Part shown: positions 41,901 through 49,881 of the stretch, piece after piece
How positions within the stretch are numbered: position 1 is the stretch's first letter
How the letters are laid out: each line of letters starts with the position of its first letter
Source: a virus
Lineage: Duplodnaviria; Caudoviricetes
Direction: 5' to 3' (one strand)
Length of the DNA stretch: 63,869 bases
IMG/VR virus record: IMGVR_UViG_3300020469_000047
Location: 1 to 63,869 of that record
The notes under the pieces: generated by a model
What the model saw: only the letters and a program-made list of their open reading frames with translations
Told to the model about the DNA's origin: nothing
Database searches by the model: none
Translations under genes and position numbers: made by a program

Positions 41901-43358
41901 TTACAGTTAGGTAGAAAAGATGGTAACGCAACCACACCTAGAATATTATTCAACTCATCTCAACTTGCTGCTAGTTACAACGCTAAGATAGAAGCATCAG
42001 GTGGTAACGCATCTGCAGGATCTGGTTCTCTTAACGTTGACGTTGTAAATTCTGACGGATTTACAATTAGAAACCAAGTTATTTGGAACGCTGGTAATAT
42101 ACAATTCTCAAGTTCTAACACACCACTATATGCTGTACAACGTGATGCATCTGGTAATTTCTCTGCTGGAACAATCACAGCAAACTTAGTTGGTTCTGCA
42201 TCACTTAACGTATTGAAGACTGGTGATACAATGACTGGTTCATTGAACATCACTGGTGCTAGTTCAACACTTACAGTTGCTGGTACTACAAATCTCAATA
42301 GCACAGTTAACATTGCAAATGATCTTGCAGTAGATACTGACACATTATTTGTTGATGTATCTGCTGATGAGGTTGGTATTAATACTTCAAATCCATTGGC
42401 AACACTTGATGTTTTAGGTGATAGTGGTATCTATGTTCGTGCTTTAACTAATGCTGTTGGTGCTCAAATTAGGTTTAGTGATACAGCAGGAACTCCAAGT
42501 CAAATTGGAACATTTAGGTATAAGCATTCAGATGCATCTATTGCTGGTACTCCATGGAACGATGGATTTGAGATCTTTGGATCAGAAACACTTACTGGAT
42601 TAAAAGTATATGGAGATATAGTTGCTGAAAGAAGACTTGGTGTTAACAATAACAGTCCAAGTTACACTCTTGATGTTGCTGGTAATGCAAGATTTACTAC
42701 TGGTGCATATATAGATTCTGCTAATGATAACTCTGGTGCTCCAATATACTTCTTAGGTTCTTCATCACAAAGGAACTTTAGAATTGGTAACCAGATCGGT
42801 CACAGTAATGCGTTTGAGATAACACCATCTACAAACAATGGTGGTCAGAACTGGGATGGCACTCCTGCAATTTATGTAAGAGGTGACAGAAGAGTTGCTA
42901 TCAATACATCAGCAATATCTGGTGTTGACTCTGAATCAAACACAACTAGAAGTTACTACTTAAATGTCCAAGGTGACATGAACATCAATGGTCAGTTGTT
43001 CCAGAATAACTCTGAATTCGTAACATCTAGATGGACAGAAGCATCTAACAATCTAGATATTTACAGACTATCCAAAGTTGGAGTCAATAAACAAGATCCT
43101 ACATATGACTTACATGTTCTTGGTGGAGTTAACATTGAAGGTTCCACATTTAGTGGTGGACAGAACACATCTGTTCTTTATGCTAACGGTGTTAAACAGT
43201 GGATTGACTCTTATGGAATATTCAAGGCAAACTCAAATACAGTTGCTGAAAACGTAACCGTACCAGCGAACGTTAACTGTGTAAGTGCAGGACCTATCAC
43301 TATTGCTAACGGTTATACAGTGACTATAAATAACAATGGTAACTGGGCTATTGTATAA
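32949..43358 (+). CDS. Giant tail fibre protein (split beta-helix, phycobiliprotein-like domains, nested beta repeats, fibre shaft)
   Basis: KIATTEYV, VYVS..G.D.NDG..P..SIK.A, GLDADLLDG, RDASGNFSAGTITA, VGIN..P..TLDV.G fibre motifs. Confidence 0.9.
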   Translation: MAIHINSDKEKFRGVNPKLIGDNELTIRSGTGSNEKEILRTQLDSSTGLPRVGINRTGQRVNDVQIDAGGSGYISAPTVTIAPPPSGVQAQGSAFIFNGQVVSIAVNEPGNGYTSAPLVTLSGGGGVGAAATAVLDTVDYELDINGAIRTSTSIISDTARILNLDIDNFVTPNAAFRAPSLKTFINNSGTLWSPNIILQENAYRYFGQNVYQAITSGQTGASAPTHTDGTALNGEVTFKHIGFRVVDTNAYGYSATGPAGEFPKSITPLLGDRSDKIATTEYVLNLATNDVGGRVYVSQQIGSDLNDGRSAVNPVRSIKKAAQLAWSTPGVKETIIVSGGDYVEDNPISLPPDASVVGDNLRLVIIRPANPQKHIFKFGDKNYVIGVTYRDKIDSNGDAVATWDFAMVFDDKQRVIIDKDANGDAGTSWPIGHQIFGPQQFRVGFQDNTGLANLTTGLQVVGANTGARASIIAVNFAQTTGASAYVTGTIDVKLDSGSFVEGEQFNYVVSIQTGAQQSLTTSGTTAANKITYTQDPTSAIPAGTYVYLSDAGNAAFTASTGYYEVALIAPNDVNSPTAWEVTFVPLLGSVGWNNIFTAQIETFTGNATVNTLNTNSLKSIRAEGEVVSVDEDYVTSLPISRIDFSLQGDASIAQGGFQNAQFGNAEDLGGIVFYTNALVGRNNTHEFKEGQEILIEGLPTTTPDLSMLNGKQRIYKVLEDADGRCRRFVIPKKLPAITDANLDPGQFAIVKTFSKSITLSLLNSPNSFPISTPVERRFQDACTFLRNNREFIAEEVLGEINNQFARFHYSVYDIGAGGGNDFKIFVGLTGQEHTYVSGGTVTFGGTTVNVTNFIYDNTVTGNATITTASPIAGLAEDDVIKLEGMTLSCSAGNKIYPAYSAYSAAGDDGDTQCKQDVIHFINALIRDLEFGTNHNVLEGSQKYIVGGKITYIDDEIIENVRAIEYARQLAIYCVRNWRTGNGTPSEPIYTPKYSSLTRYFDDTVITSTALLNADGSSNGSGNACNDVTSAIDTLSFLWNDVIANNASGTYLDAAYLISRNKTLIADQALRDTEAYFPFLDLSDVHERKCRRDVRKILDGLIRDLVLGGNDGILTAAESYFTGTQLTGVQEAQRAPTLYAVGRAKLYAIAAMRNWTDGNVVTVTPNNSTYNSTSGELTVSFPNPTIAVSIGDRIAFKEEALNFSCTYNGVTANHPGPAKTDPSYGKSFNISNLVSNGTTTTITCNVGDAGPAAGIAHSYVSSVTDGTIIVYNPTTLSSPIPKFEDWNILLDATSSAASNILSPTNATYEPGTGLLELTVPSGHGVTTSNEVRIAENAITMTCAMDNNITEHSYPQEGQPAYGNNRSVTATTATTITVDVGVAGSNLTFTPTNATYDPSTGLLVLTIGSHSLTIDEGIVIANDALTFTCTMDGNQSQKTYPRASTDYAAERSLPIVAIGAETITLDVGTAGANRTFTATDATYVPSTGVMELTVGQHGLGVGKGIVIVDNSLVFTCAQDGNASNHSYPRASDPASGTSRTITAVGESQHTVSNAVYTTTTGVMVVTSAGHGFSNGDYVKFDDNSLTFTCALDSNATNHTYPRPTDRASGRWLLISNKTNDTFEVNVGINTKGGTHAFVSAVTNGLKRQTGTLTVNVGTSSNTTNHTFVSAAADGITHSPSTVHTFVSAASGSVIHQPSAVHTFKRMDANSVSVYAAGAAPLCASVATSINTIMSTLTDVLDGTTSAGSTARTYGTLFDASLLFTYPDAFLYDSTNNRVAIRGDYDDYPIIEASPYTQNASVISFLGGGGAEVDGAKVKQPNCPFPGLELDGTASFPNQGKSMVASAFTIVSFGGTGYKVINDGYTQLVSVFVIFCQDGVLAESGGYCSITNSATNFGTYALRGIGYRSECYTFDQGTISNVSATPTGRTILTVSGLGREPLEHYVGKIDGYRNTNVNIEYFIDVVAGVTVGPPFSAQLTFDDGTGQGMDLTDTTTNAAVATGVLLGKSIKLHRPSIVNSSSHTWEFAGSGTNYLALPENGGTKIEAYEQVSEQYGRVYVSGTDELGDFKVGTFARIENRTGAITFTGTVTISEVEFLKLKGGDVVVTGFDASNTLGGANSSDSKLPTQKAVRDYITNSLGPYINKPYSTNAVPRALVELTDSGKISIDQIPALRPFSVFTVASQTERTSLEGALAGDIAIQQDTSQSFILNNDLESLFLGFAVDTSLAFTIGDIFEGSISGGRIQSTEYRQGVVYTINISNGGSGYTVAPTVSFSGGNPAAGAVAAAATCTIANGQVVTVTIVEFNGFKGGKGYTTQPTVTFSAPPGAGQQAQGNPLIESRLYGNIVNNIKIEDTDTINDSTTPSANTVNINRTINTSSFNVNNWVSLSSNQIAASDITSGVIETDRLASGGAANSFTFLRGDQNFALAVQSIKGAETRYFAKLAAQCNTGSSSMIFTTNSDVLIGHDVLSGIAGIQSNSSITGVITAAGLTTISINNPVTQNIPLGTIIEFERGASPMTFESTFTQGGFVDDVIIANGGSGFTNGQYFDQSLSGGTGTGLKANIVVAGNAVTEMTVTDGGTGYNADFSITVAPSSIGGGSSLVLNAKVSTVNRQYANVSLDINRVTDLTISADLYGTIGVSRYKKSQFNIGQAGNGSVELKTGADSGLDADLLDGQQGNYYTSATNLFSGTVPQDRLGGIYGIDISGSSANTIRLQTGTNNPTSNPNPNSFVEGAISNTVFNSSNGLGTAYPSVNTGIGTGTSTKHLVLTLRNGASGFDASFGGVRQLAFANDDNMYLRGSGNGVSTWNSWSKVWTSLSDGVDSGMDADKLDNRQGVWYQNALNINYGTLSDNRLPSFISETKFRDKVTIKAFAGDPKFRIYVSGSILNTAPFIPGDPLNPSVNLYNANAQGVGSFVIDNVITNDDVNDNFNDFTILIGRLTSGNFAGALTVGTASNRVEFDDFTIEDGNTLEVCNLHSDGGVGQLQLGRKDGNATTPRILFNSSQLAASYNAKIEASGGNASAGSGSLNVDVVNSDGFTIRNQVIWNAGNIQFSSSNTPLYAVQRDASGNFSAGTITANLVGSASLNVLKTGDTMTGSLNITGASSTLTVAGTTNLNSTVNIANDLAVDTDTLFVDVSADEVGINTSNPLATLDVLGDSGIYVRALTNAVGAQIRFSDTAGTPSQIGTFRYKHSDASIAGTPWNDGFEIFGSETLTGLKVYGDIVAERRLGVNNNSPSYTLDVAGNARFTTGAYIDSANDNSGAPIYFLGSSSQRNFRIGNQIGHSNAFEITPSTNNGGQNWDGTPAIYVRGDRRVAINTSAISGVDSESNTTRSYYLNVQGDMNINGQLFQNNSEFVTSRWTEASNNLDIYRLSKVGVNKQDPTYDLHVLGGVNIEGSTFSGGQNTSVLYANGVKQWIDSYGIFKANSNTVAENVTVPANVNCVSAGPITIANGYTVTINNNGNWAIV
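36420..38075 (+). repeat. Five ~90-100-aa protein-level repeats (T.ATY.P.TG...H...FTC..D...H.YP...HTFVSA), four of them nested
   Basis: Visible in the translation of 32949..43358. Confidence 0.85.
43325..43332 (+). promoter_or_regulatory. Late promoter
   Basis: Perfect TATAAATA 38 nt upstream of 43371. Confidence 0.65.
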
Positions 43359-43370
43359 AGGAATTAAAAG

Positions 43371-44126
43371 ATGGCAGGTATTTTAAAAGTAGACCAGATC
43401 CAAAACACCGCTGGTGTTAATATAATGGATCTGCAAAACGATAATTTGAGAATATGGAACGGAAGTGGTTATTCTGAGATGTCAACTCCTGGTGCCTTAA
43501 TTGGTATCAAGACATATACATCACAGAATGGTAACTGGGCAGACAGGTCACAATCTAGTGGATCTGGTACTTGGACAAAACCATCTGGTTGTGGTCATGT
43601 TTTAGTATATGTCACTGGTGGTGGTGGCGGTGCTCGTTGTAATGATAATAGCTACCGTGGTGGCGGTGGTGGTGGTGGAGCTACTACAATAAAATATATT
43701 GATGTTTCTAGTGTGAACAGCGTAAACTATACATACGGTGGCGGTGGGTCATACGTAAGAAATGGTGGTCGTGCAGGATCAGGAGGAACTAGTTCTTTTG
43801 GTTCTTATTGTACTGCTAGTGGTGGTTCTGGTGGTTACACAGATAATCCATATGAAGGTGGAAGAGGAGGAGATGCCTCTGGAGGAGATATAAATTTACC
43901 TGGAGGTCCTGGTAGTATGTCTCATGGAGATAACAACGAGAACGTAGGTGGTATGTCATTCTGGCATAAAGCTGGTTCTCATCACCACAATGAAAATAAC
44001 GGTGCTGAAAACACTCACGGACAGTGGGGATCTGGTGGAGGTATGGGTTATTATTCACAAAACAGTTATGCATACGGTAACAGTAACGGTGGTGCTGGAT
44101 GCGTTATAGTATGGGAGTATACCTAA
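43371..44126 (+). CDS. Glycine-rich fibre-tip/adhesin-like protein
   Basis: MAGILKVDQI start; SGTWTKPSG..V.V.GGGGG, GGTSSFG, A.GG.GG and C-terminal GAGCVIVWEY. Confidence 0.8.
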   Translation: MAGILKVDQIQNTAGVNIMDLQNDNLRIWNGSGYSEMSTPGALIGIKTYTSQNGNWADRSQSSGSGTWTKPSGCGHVLVYVTGGGGGARCNDNSYRGGGGGGGATTIKYIDVSSVNSVNYTYGGGGSYVRNGGRAGSGGTSSFGSYCTASGGSGGYTDNPYEGGRGGDASGGDINLPGGPGSMSHGDNNENVGGMSFWHKAGSHHHNENNGAENTHGQWGSGGGMGYYSQNSYAYGNSNGGAGCVIVWEYT

Positions 44127-44479
44127 TGTATCAAGCACTCGTAAATAAGTACACAGGAACTGTACTTCAATTCATAAAAGGTGGATCAGACGTAAGGTTT
44201 GAAACTCATGAAGATTTCATGTGGGTAACTTTCATGAATGAAATAGATAATGGTTGTGCTGAAGCAGATTATAAATTTAATCTTGGATTAAATGAAATTC
44301 AAAAGATTGAACATGCTGCTCCACCATATGATCTTGCTCGCAGAATGGAATATCCTGATGTTGCAGACCAATTAGATATGCTATATCATGACATGGAATC
44401 TGGTAAAGTACCAGGTAAAGATTCTTCTAATTGGTATTCTGCTGTGAAGGATGTTAAAGAAAATAATCCAAAACCATAA
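44126..44479 (+). CDS. Tail fibre assembly-like protein
   Basis: TAATG-coupled start at 44126; C-terminal R..EYP...DQLDMLYHD...W...VK...PKP. Confidence 0.75.
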   Translation: MYQALVNKYTGTVLQFIKGGSDVRFETHEDFMWVTFMNEIDNGCAEADYKFNLGLNEIQKIEHAAPPYDLARRMEYPDVADQLDMLYHDMESGKVPGKDSSNWYSAVKDVKENNPKP

Positions 44480-44482
44480 ATA
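44475..44482 (+). promoter_or_regulatory. Late promoter
   Basis: CATAAATA 24 nt upstream of 44507. Confidence 0.65.
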
Positions 44483-44506
44483 AACTTATAGGAAAGTAGT
44501 ATAACC

Positions 44507-45793
44507 ATGTCTCAGTTAACAGTTGGAACAGTTTTAACAGGTAATGCGAGTTTAACGACCCAAGGTCTTAAGCTCCCGTCATTTACTACTGCAAACTTAC
44601 CAACAAGTCCTAACGTAGGACAATTAGTTTTTAATACAACCGAAGGTAAAGCACAGATCTGGAATGGAACTGCGTGGGATGAGGTTGGTGGTGGTATACC
44701 AGAACCAGCAGATGTAACTAGAGGTTCTTATCTAGTATCTGATGGAAGTAATGGTGTTTTCTGGGCGTATCCTGGTCAGACGGTTGCATCTGCACCTTTA
44801 ACAGGATTTAGATATAGAAGTTTGATAACACATGGTTATCTGGTGGCGGGGTATAAAGGATCTAATCCTTGGAGAACGGTTAATAAAACATGGCATGCAA
44901 ATGATATTACTTTCTATTGTGGAGAACAATTAACTAGAGCACTTACTTACGCTGACTGTACATGGAGTGATTACTTCGGTTATGGTCATGGTTGCATTAA
45001 CGCATTCACGGGATCTTCTAACTTTACAGACTCAATCAACCTACACACAGGTATGAGACGAATGTTTGGTACTACAGGATCAAACCCTGGCGGTGGTACT
45101 TATTCTCCAACCTCACCATATGGTTGGGAAGGAGATGATCCTAGAGGAGTTATGGGATACACCGTTGTTGGTGGTTGGAATATGCCAGTTAACCGAGATA
45201 GAAACTCAACTGCTACTGCACAGGTACAACAGTTTGGTTATAACTTAGGTGGAGGTAACTCTGCTGTAGGTAAACTTCACTACCCATCTGAGATCATGTA
45301 TCAGGTAGGTAACTCACCATCTGGTAATGACCACACTGCATCTTGTGGTGATGAGAATAGATCTTGGGCATCTTTCAGTGGTAATAGATACTACGTTGAC
45401 CATTCTAACGATAGTTGGGGTAACTGGTCTTCTAACATGGCTCCTGACGGAGTTTGTAAACCGCTTCCTTCTAAGTGGGGTCACTTCTATTGCGGAACTG
45501 GTAACAACGTTACATCACCTTGGACTAAATACAGTGGATCATCAGGAGCTGGTCTTAAGAACGGAACTAAGGTTCGTGCTTATGGTGAAGAAAATATGAT
45601 GATGGGTCAAGACAAAGGATACATGATGGGACAATACGACGGGCAGCAGAACAACCATACTACTAAGTGGGATTACTCTACTGACGTTGAAACAAACATG
45701 CCAGCTGCTACTAGACCAAAAGGACATTATGGAACATCATCTGGTGGTTGCTGTTCAGCATCCGCTTCTGTTACTGCTAAACGAGCACAATAA
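44507..45793 (+). CDS. Short fibre / adhesin with kelch-like beta-propeller head
   Basis: N-terminal LP..TT..LP..G.L.FNTT...W.G..W fibre module; repeats GYLVAGY, GYNLGGG, GYMMGQYDG..KWDYSTD. Confidence 0.7.
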   Translation: MSQLTVGTVLTGNASLTTQGLKLPSFTTANLPTSPNVGQLVFNTTEGKAQIWNGTAWDEVGGGIPEPADVTRGSYLVSDGSNGVFWAYPGQTVASAPLTGFRYRSLITHGYLVAGYKGSNPWRTVNKTWHANDITFYCGEQLTRALTYADCTWSDYFGYGHGCINAFTGSSNFTDSINLHTGMRRMFGTTGSNPGGGTYSPTSPYGWEGDDPRGVMGYTVVGGWNMPVNRDRNSTATAQVQQFGYNLGGGNSAVGKLHYPSEIMYQVGNSPSGNDHTASCGDENRSWASFSGNRYYVDHSNDSWGNWSSNMAPDGVCKPLPSKWGHFYCGTGNNVTSPWTKYSGSSGAGLKNGTKVRAYGEENMMMGQDKGYMMGQYDGQQNNHTTKWDYSTDVETNMPAATRPKGHYGTSSGGCCSASASVTAKRAQ

Positions 45794-45796
45794 AAA

Positions 45797-46606
45797 ATGA
45801 GATACTTAATCGTCAACGAAAAAGAAATCAATCCAGAACAGTTTGTTAACATGACTGCTACTGGAGATACCAGACTGCACTACAGCGAAATGTTCTCGTT
45901 GATGCATTTCTCATGTGTAGAAGTTAGTGAAATGGTTTTCCAAACTATATCTAAAGAATGGGAACACAAATACTTAGAGGTCACAAAAGCACAAGCGTAT
46001 AACGGATCAAACTTCTTCTCAGAAATTAGACCGTTTGGTAAAGTTGCTGCATCAGTTGATTCATCTGGTTATGCATGGACTCCTGCTAACCCAGTTTTAA
46101 AAGTTCCCATCGAACTTACAGATGCAATTAAAAAAGAAGTTATGGACTTCATGATATATTTTGCAAGAGAAATTATTGAAGATGAATTTAACACACGCCT
46201 TAAAAACCTTAAGAATACCACAGATCTAGAAGTAGCATCTTGGGAGATTCAAAAGCACGAAGCAAGAGAATGGTTAACTAACAAAGGACTAGGTGGTAGT
46301 AAAACTCCTTTCTTAGATTACCTATCTACTGAAAGACATATTGATAAAGATACTCTTGCTAATAAAATACTTACAAATGCAGAATCTTGGGAAGATAAAC
46401 TTTCTACAATGTTAGTACAGTACCAAACATTAATAAAGAAATTTGAAAATTGCACTTCTGTATGGGATATAAATATATTATATGAAGATCACATTGGTAT
46501 CATGTTGCCCCAAAAGCAAGCAATTGAGATGGGAAGAACAAAATCTGATACTGACTGGGATCGCAAACCAGAGTATGAGGTAGAACCCTATGTCTTTACA
46601 TTCTGA
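45797..46606 (+). CDS. Tail fibre assembly/chaperone-like protein
   Basis: E..SW..Q..EA..W...TPFL..L...R....LA.KIL motif. Confidence 0.65.
   Translation: MRYLIVNEKEINPEQFVNMTATGDTRLHYSEMFSLMHFSCVEVSEMVFQTISKEWEHKYLEVTKAQAYNGSNFFSEIRPFGKVAASVDSSGYAWTPANPVLKVPIELTDAIKKEVMDFMIYFAREIIEDEFNTRLKNLKNTTDLEVASWEIQKHEAREWLTNKGLGGSKTPFLDYLSTERHIDKDTLANKILTNAESWEDKLSTMLVQYQTLIKKFENCTSVWDINILYEDHIGIMLPQKQAIEMGRTKSDTDWDRKPEYEVEPYVFTF
46468..46475 (+). promoter_or_regulatory. Possible internal late promoter
   Basis: Perfect TATAAATA 114 nt upstream of 46590, inside the preceding CDS. Confidence 0.4.
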
Positions 46607-47420
46607 CGCTAATCTCTCAGATATTGTTTCCGACGTTAAAAATATAATAAGTTCAGACACAAACGAAGTTCACTTATCAAAGTCATTTGTAGACGAGTTC
46701 GCACTCACTAAAAAAGATTTTGATTGGTTGTCTGCATCCATGCGTTTTGATAGCGGGATGACTAGATATCAGTGTGAACATTTTGTTGCTGATACACAAT
46801 TAACTCCATGGAGAAAAGTCCGTCAAGCAATGATGGAACTAGAAACCAGATACCATGCGTACATGGAGAACAGAAATAGTCTTAGGAAGGCAGAGATTCT
46901 TAGAAAAAGATTGGTACGGGATATAGAATTAATTCCTGACGAACTTGATAAAGAATTAATGCAGATAGATTATGAGAAAAACGATTATGATATTGGTATC
47001 TGGAAAAGAAAACTCAGACAGTCTGAGTTAGAACTCAAGTATTTTTTAGAAGTAATTGACAAATATGTTGACGATGAGCACCCTATAGAGTATTATTGTA
47101 CTGAACACGAGCACGAAGAAAGACTATACTGGATTGCTCGTATGGGCAAGCAAGCAGCAATGGACATCGTTTCTTATGGAAGAATCGGTTCTGGTAACAT
47201 GACTACAATCATGGACATGCCAGAGGAAGATCAAGTAGAAACACTTGGTGTTGCTGTTAAGTATTCTGGTATGATTGGTGGTGGTATTGACAAACTTAAT
47301 AAAATGATTGCACCACAACTACAGAATCAGTTAGCACAAGAAGGTATAGCAATGCCTAAACTGTTAGAGCATAAATATACAGGACAGGGACAAATTCAAC
47401 CAAAGAAAGACAATGGATAG
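46590..47420 (+). CDS. Coiled-coil hypothetical protein of the fibre-tip cassette
   Basis: 276 aa, helical; FV...Q.TP.R..RQ..E and YW..R..KQA..D...GRI..GN motifs. Confidence 0.85.
   Translation: MSLHSDANLSDIVSDVKNIISSDTNEVHLSKSFVDEFALTKKDFDWLSASMRFDSGMTRYQCEHFVADTQLTPWRKVRQAMMELETRYHAYMENRNSLRKAEILRKRLVRDIELIPDELDKELMQIDYEKNDYDIGIWKRKLRQSELELKYFLEVIDKYVDDEHPIEYYCTEHEHEERLYWIARMGKQAAMDIVSYGRIGSGNMTTIMDMPEEDQVETLGVAVKYSGMIGGGIDKLNKMIAPQLQNQLAQEGIAMPKLLEHKYTGQGQIQPKKDNG
47370..47377 (+). promoter_or_regulatory. Late promoter upstream of the U32/oxygenase cluster
   Basis: CATAAATA 35 nt upstream of 47413. Confidence 0.55.
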
Positions 47421-47661
47421 ATTTCCAGAAGCAACAACTAGACATCTTCAGTTGTTACCTATAATTCACCATGCAGTATGGCAGAGGTATAGTCTCCAAA
47501 CAGAAGAAGATGGGAAAGTTGTTTATCCTAAAATTAACGAAGCAAAATTAAATGAATTAGCAGAATCTTATAAAGGTATGCTAGTAGAGAATCCAGTTGA
47601 TGAACATTTATACATGGAGAAAGTGATAGTAGAATATGGCCTCATTCTCAATACCGCTTAA
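47413..47661 (+). CDS. Hypothetical protein
   Basis: 82-aa ORF overlapping both neighbours. Confidence 0.7.
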   Translation: MDRFPEATTRHLQLLPIIHHAVWQRYSLQTEEDGKVVYPKINEAKLNELAESYKGMLVENPVDEHLYMEKVIVEYGLILNTA

Positions 47662-49318
47662 TACAAAACTACCTGAGGATTTCGTAGTAAACCAATTTAT
47701 TCCTTTTCTAAAAGAACATAAGGAATATATCTATGATATCTATTTTACATGTCGTATGCCACCCTTCACACAAGATGCGATGGGTGACGTAATTGATGGT
47801 GACATCAGAGAGACAACTTTAAATGCTTTGTTTGTGTCACAGGAGACTGGGATACCTTTGTCAGCAACATTCAATAATATCCAAGTAGATCCTACACAGG
47901 AGAACTTGGATATTTTTATTGAAAATTTTAGATTCTTATATGAGAACGGAGTTCGTATAGTTACTCTACCTCATACAACATGGATGTTGACTGGTCAAAT
48001 ACAGAAAGCATTTCCAGAGTTAAAAGTAAAGAATACTATTCTTAGAGAAGTTACTAGACCAAATGAAATAGTAAATCTTGCAAAGGCAGGATTCTATTAT
48101 ATTAATCTAGATAGAGACCTCATGCGTGATAGAGATTCTCTACTAAGAATTAAAAAAGCAAAGGAGTATTGTGCATCTATAGGTAAACCTGTTAAAGTAT
48201 CATTACTTTCTAATGAGTGGTGTTGGGGTGGATGTCCAATCATGCCAGAACATTATCATTACAATATGGTGAGAGAAAAAGATGATCCACAATATTTTAA
48301 TGATAGTATTAGTAGAGTGTCTTGTTCTACATGGGATGAGAAAGATCCTGCTGCATCATTAAAAGCAGCAACTATTCCTCCATGGAAAAAAGATTGGGAA
48401 GAGTTTATTGATCTTGGTATAGATGTATTTAAGATGCATGGAAGAGAAAATGCTATGCGTCTTATGGAAAGCATGACTATTATCAGTAGGTGGAAAAACA
48501 ATGAAGAGATTTTACATCCACAGTTTAATGATTATATTGAAGACGTATCTCTAGAAGAAAGACCTATTGATATATGGCGTGAAAAAATTAAGACTTGTAA
48601 GTTTGATTGTTGGGATTGTAATTACTGTGATTCTGTTGTTCAGTCTAGAATGAAAAAGAACGACAGACATTTTGATGATGATATCAAATTAGTATTAGAA
48701 TCTATTGATAAGGCAGCAAGAAAGGAGAGTAATTTTGTAGAAGAAGGATATAAGTATAAAGGTTTGTCATCAAATATAGTAAGACATTTTTTAAATAATT
48801 TGTTATCTAAACCAGATGCTATCTATATGGAACTTGGCGTTAATGCTGGTAGTACATTCTTTGCTGCTACTATGAATAGAGATGTAGAATCATTTGCTGT
48901 AGATAATTATTCTGAAAAAGAAATCTCACCATTCAGAGATGATGTAGAGGTAGAAGGATATGAAGACCCTAAGAAAATATTCTGGGCAGGACTACAAGAG
49001 AAACAATATTTTTGTGCTAAGACTATTCAAGATCTAACCCCTGCAAATGTACATAAACAACCTAATGTTATTTTCTATGATGCTGACCATGATCCACAAG
49101 CTCAGTTTGATAATCTTACATTTTTAATTCCATGTTTTGCTGACAAGTTTATTCTTGTTGTTGATGATGCAAACTTTATGGGAGTTGTGCAATCATGTGA
49201 ATTTTGGATTAAAGAAAATAAACTCAATTTATTGTTTGAGAGAAAAATTCTAACTAAGGTTCCAGAAGATCCTAATGGTTGGTGGAATGGTTTACATATT
49301 ATGGTTCTACAAAAATGA
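47636..49318 (+). CDS. U32-family-like Fe-S protein fused to a class I SAM-dependent methyltransferase
   Basis: INLDRDLMRD, NEWCWGGCP..H..SC, DVFKMHGR, CKFDCWDCNYC; then YMELGVNAGS, AVDN, IFYDADH, LVVDD. Confidence 0.75.
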   Translation: MASFSIPLNTKLPEDFVVNQFIPFLKEHKEYIYDIYFTCRMPPFTQDAMGDVIDGDIRETTLNALFVSQETGIPLSATFNNIQVDPTQENLDIFIENFRFLYENGVRIVTLPHTTWMLTGQIQKAFPELKVKNTILREVTRPNEIVNLAKAGFYYINLDRDLMRDRDSLLRIKKAKEYCASIGKPVKVSLLSNEWCWGGCPIMPEHYHYNMVREKDDPQYFNDSISRVSCSTWDEKDPAASLKAATIPPWKKDWEEFIDLGIDVFKMHGRENAMRLMESMTIISRWKNNEEILHPQFNDYIEDVSLEERPIDIWREKIKTCKFDCWDCNYCDSVVQSRMKKNDRHFDDDIKLVLESIDKAARKESNFVEEGYKYKGLSSNIVRHFLNNLLSKPDAIYMELGVNAGSTFFAATMNRDVESFAVDNYSEKEISPFRDDVEVEGYEDPKKIFWAGLQEKQYFCAKTIQDLTPANVHKQPNVIFYDADHDPQAQFDNLTFLIPCFADKFILVVDDANFMGVVQSCEFWIKENKLNLLFERKILTKVPEDPNGWWNGLHIMVLQK

Positions 49319-49881
49319 ATTCATTCAAACATCAGTATATGATAGTACATCTTGATGATGATTTCTTTCCACAATTAGAAAAAGCAATAGAACCATATCA
49401 AGATTATGAATCAGGTAAGACAGATCAATGGGATGGTAACAAATATCAAGCACAAGATAATAAAGATAGAAGTTCAAAGTTATGCTGGATAGACAATGAT
49501 GAAGTTTATGCAATGATGGATGGTCTTGTGTATTTTGCTAACAAACAATGTGGATGGGATTTAGATGTAGATTTTATAGAACCTTTACAACGTACAAAAT
49601 ATGATGTAGGTGATTTTTATGATTGGCATTGTGATGAGATGGGTTGGACAAAAGATAAGAGACCTGAGGGTAGGATACGTAAAATAAGTTTCACAGTTTT
49701 GTTGAATGATGATTTTGAAGGTGGTGAATTTGAAATACAGACAACTGAGAAAATTGTGGTACAATTAAAGAAGAGAGATGTAATAATATTTCATGCTGAT
49801 ACTCCACATAGAGTTAAACCAGTGACTAAAGGTGTTAGACATTCTCTCGTTGGGTGGACACAAGGACCTGCATATAAATGA
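49315..49881 (+). CDS. 2OG-Fe(II) oxygenase (PKHD/P4H-like)
   Basis: WHCD, RKIS, DFEGGEF, HRVKPVTKGVRHSLVGW; ATGA-coupled start at 49315. Confidence 0.9.
   Translation: MNSFKHQYMIVHLDDDFFPQLEKAIEPYQDYESGKTDQWDGNKYQAQDNKDRSSKLCWIDNDEVYAMMDGLVYFANKQCGWDLDVDFIEPLQRTKYDVGDFYDWHCDEMGWTKDKRPEGRIRKISFTVLLNDDFEGGEFEIQTTEKIVVQLKKRDVIIFHADTPHRVKPVTKGVRHSLVGWTQGPAYK

Noticed and set aside
43371-45793. Asn/Gly-rich tip genes as diversity-generating retroelement targets
   Set aside because: No reverse transcriptase and no template/variable repeat pair visible in the window
48595-48630. CxxxCxxC read as a radical SAM motif
   Set aside because: It sits at the end of the U32-like domain with a fourth Cys and lacks the usual aromatic before the third Cys and the following radical SAM barrel motifs
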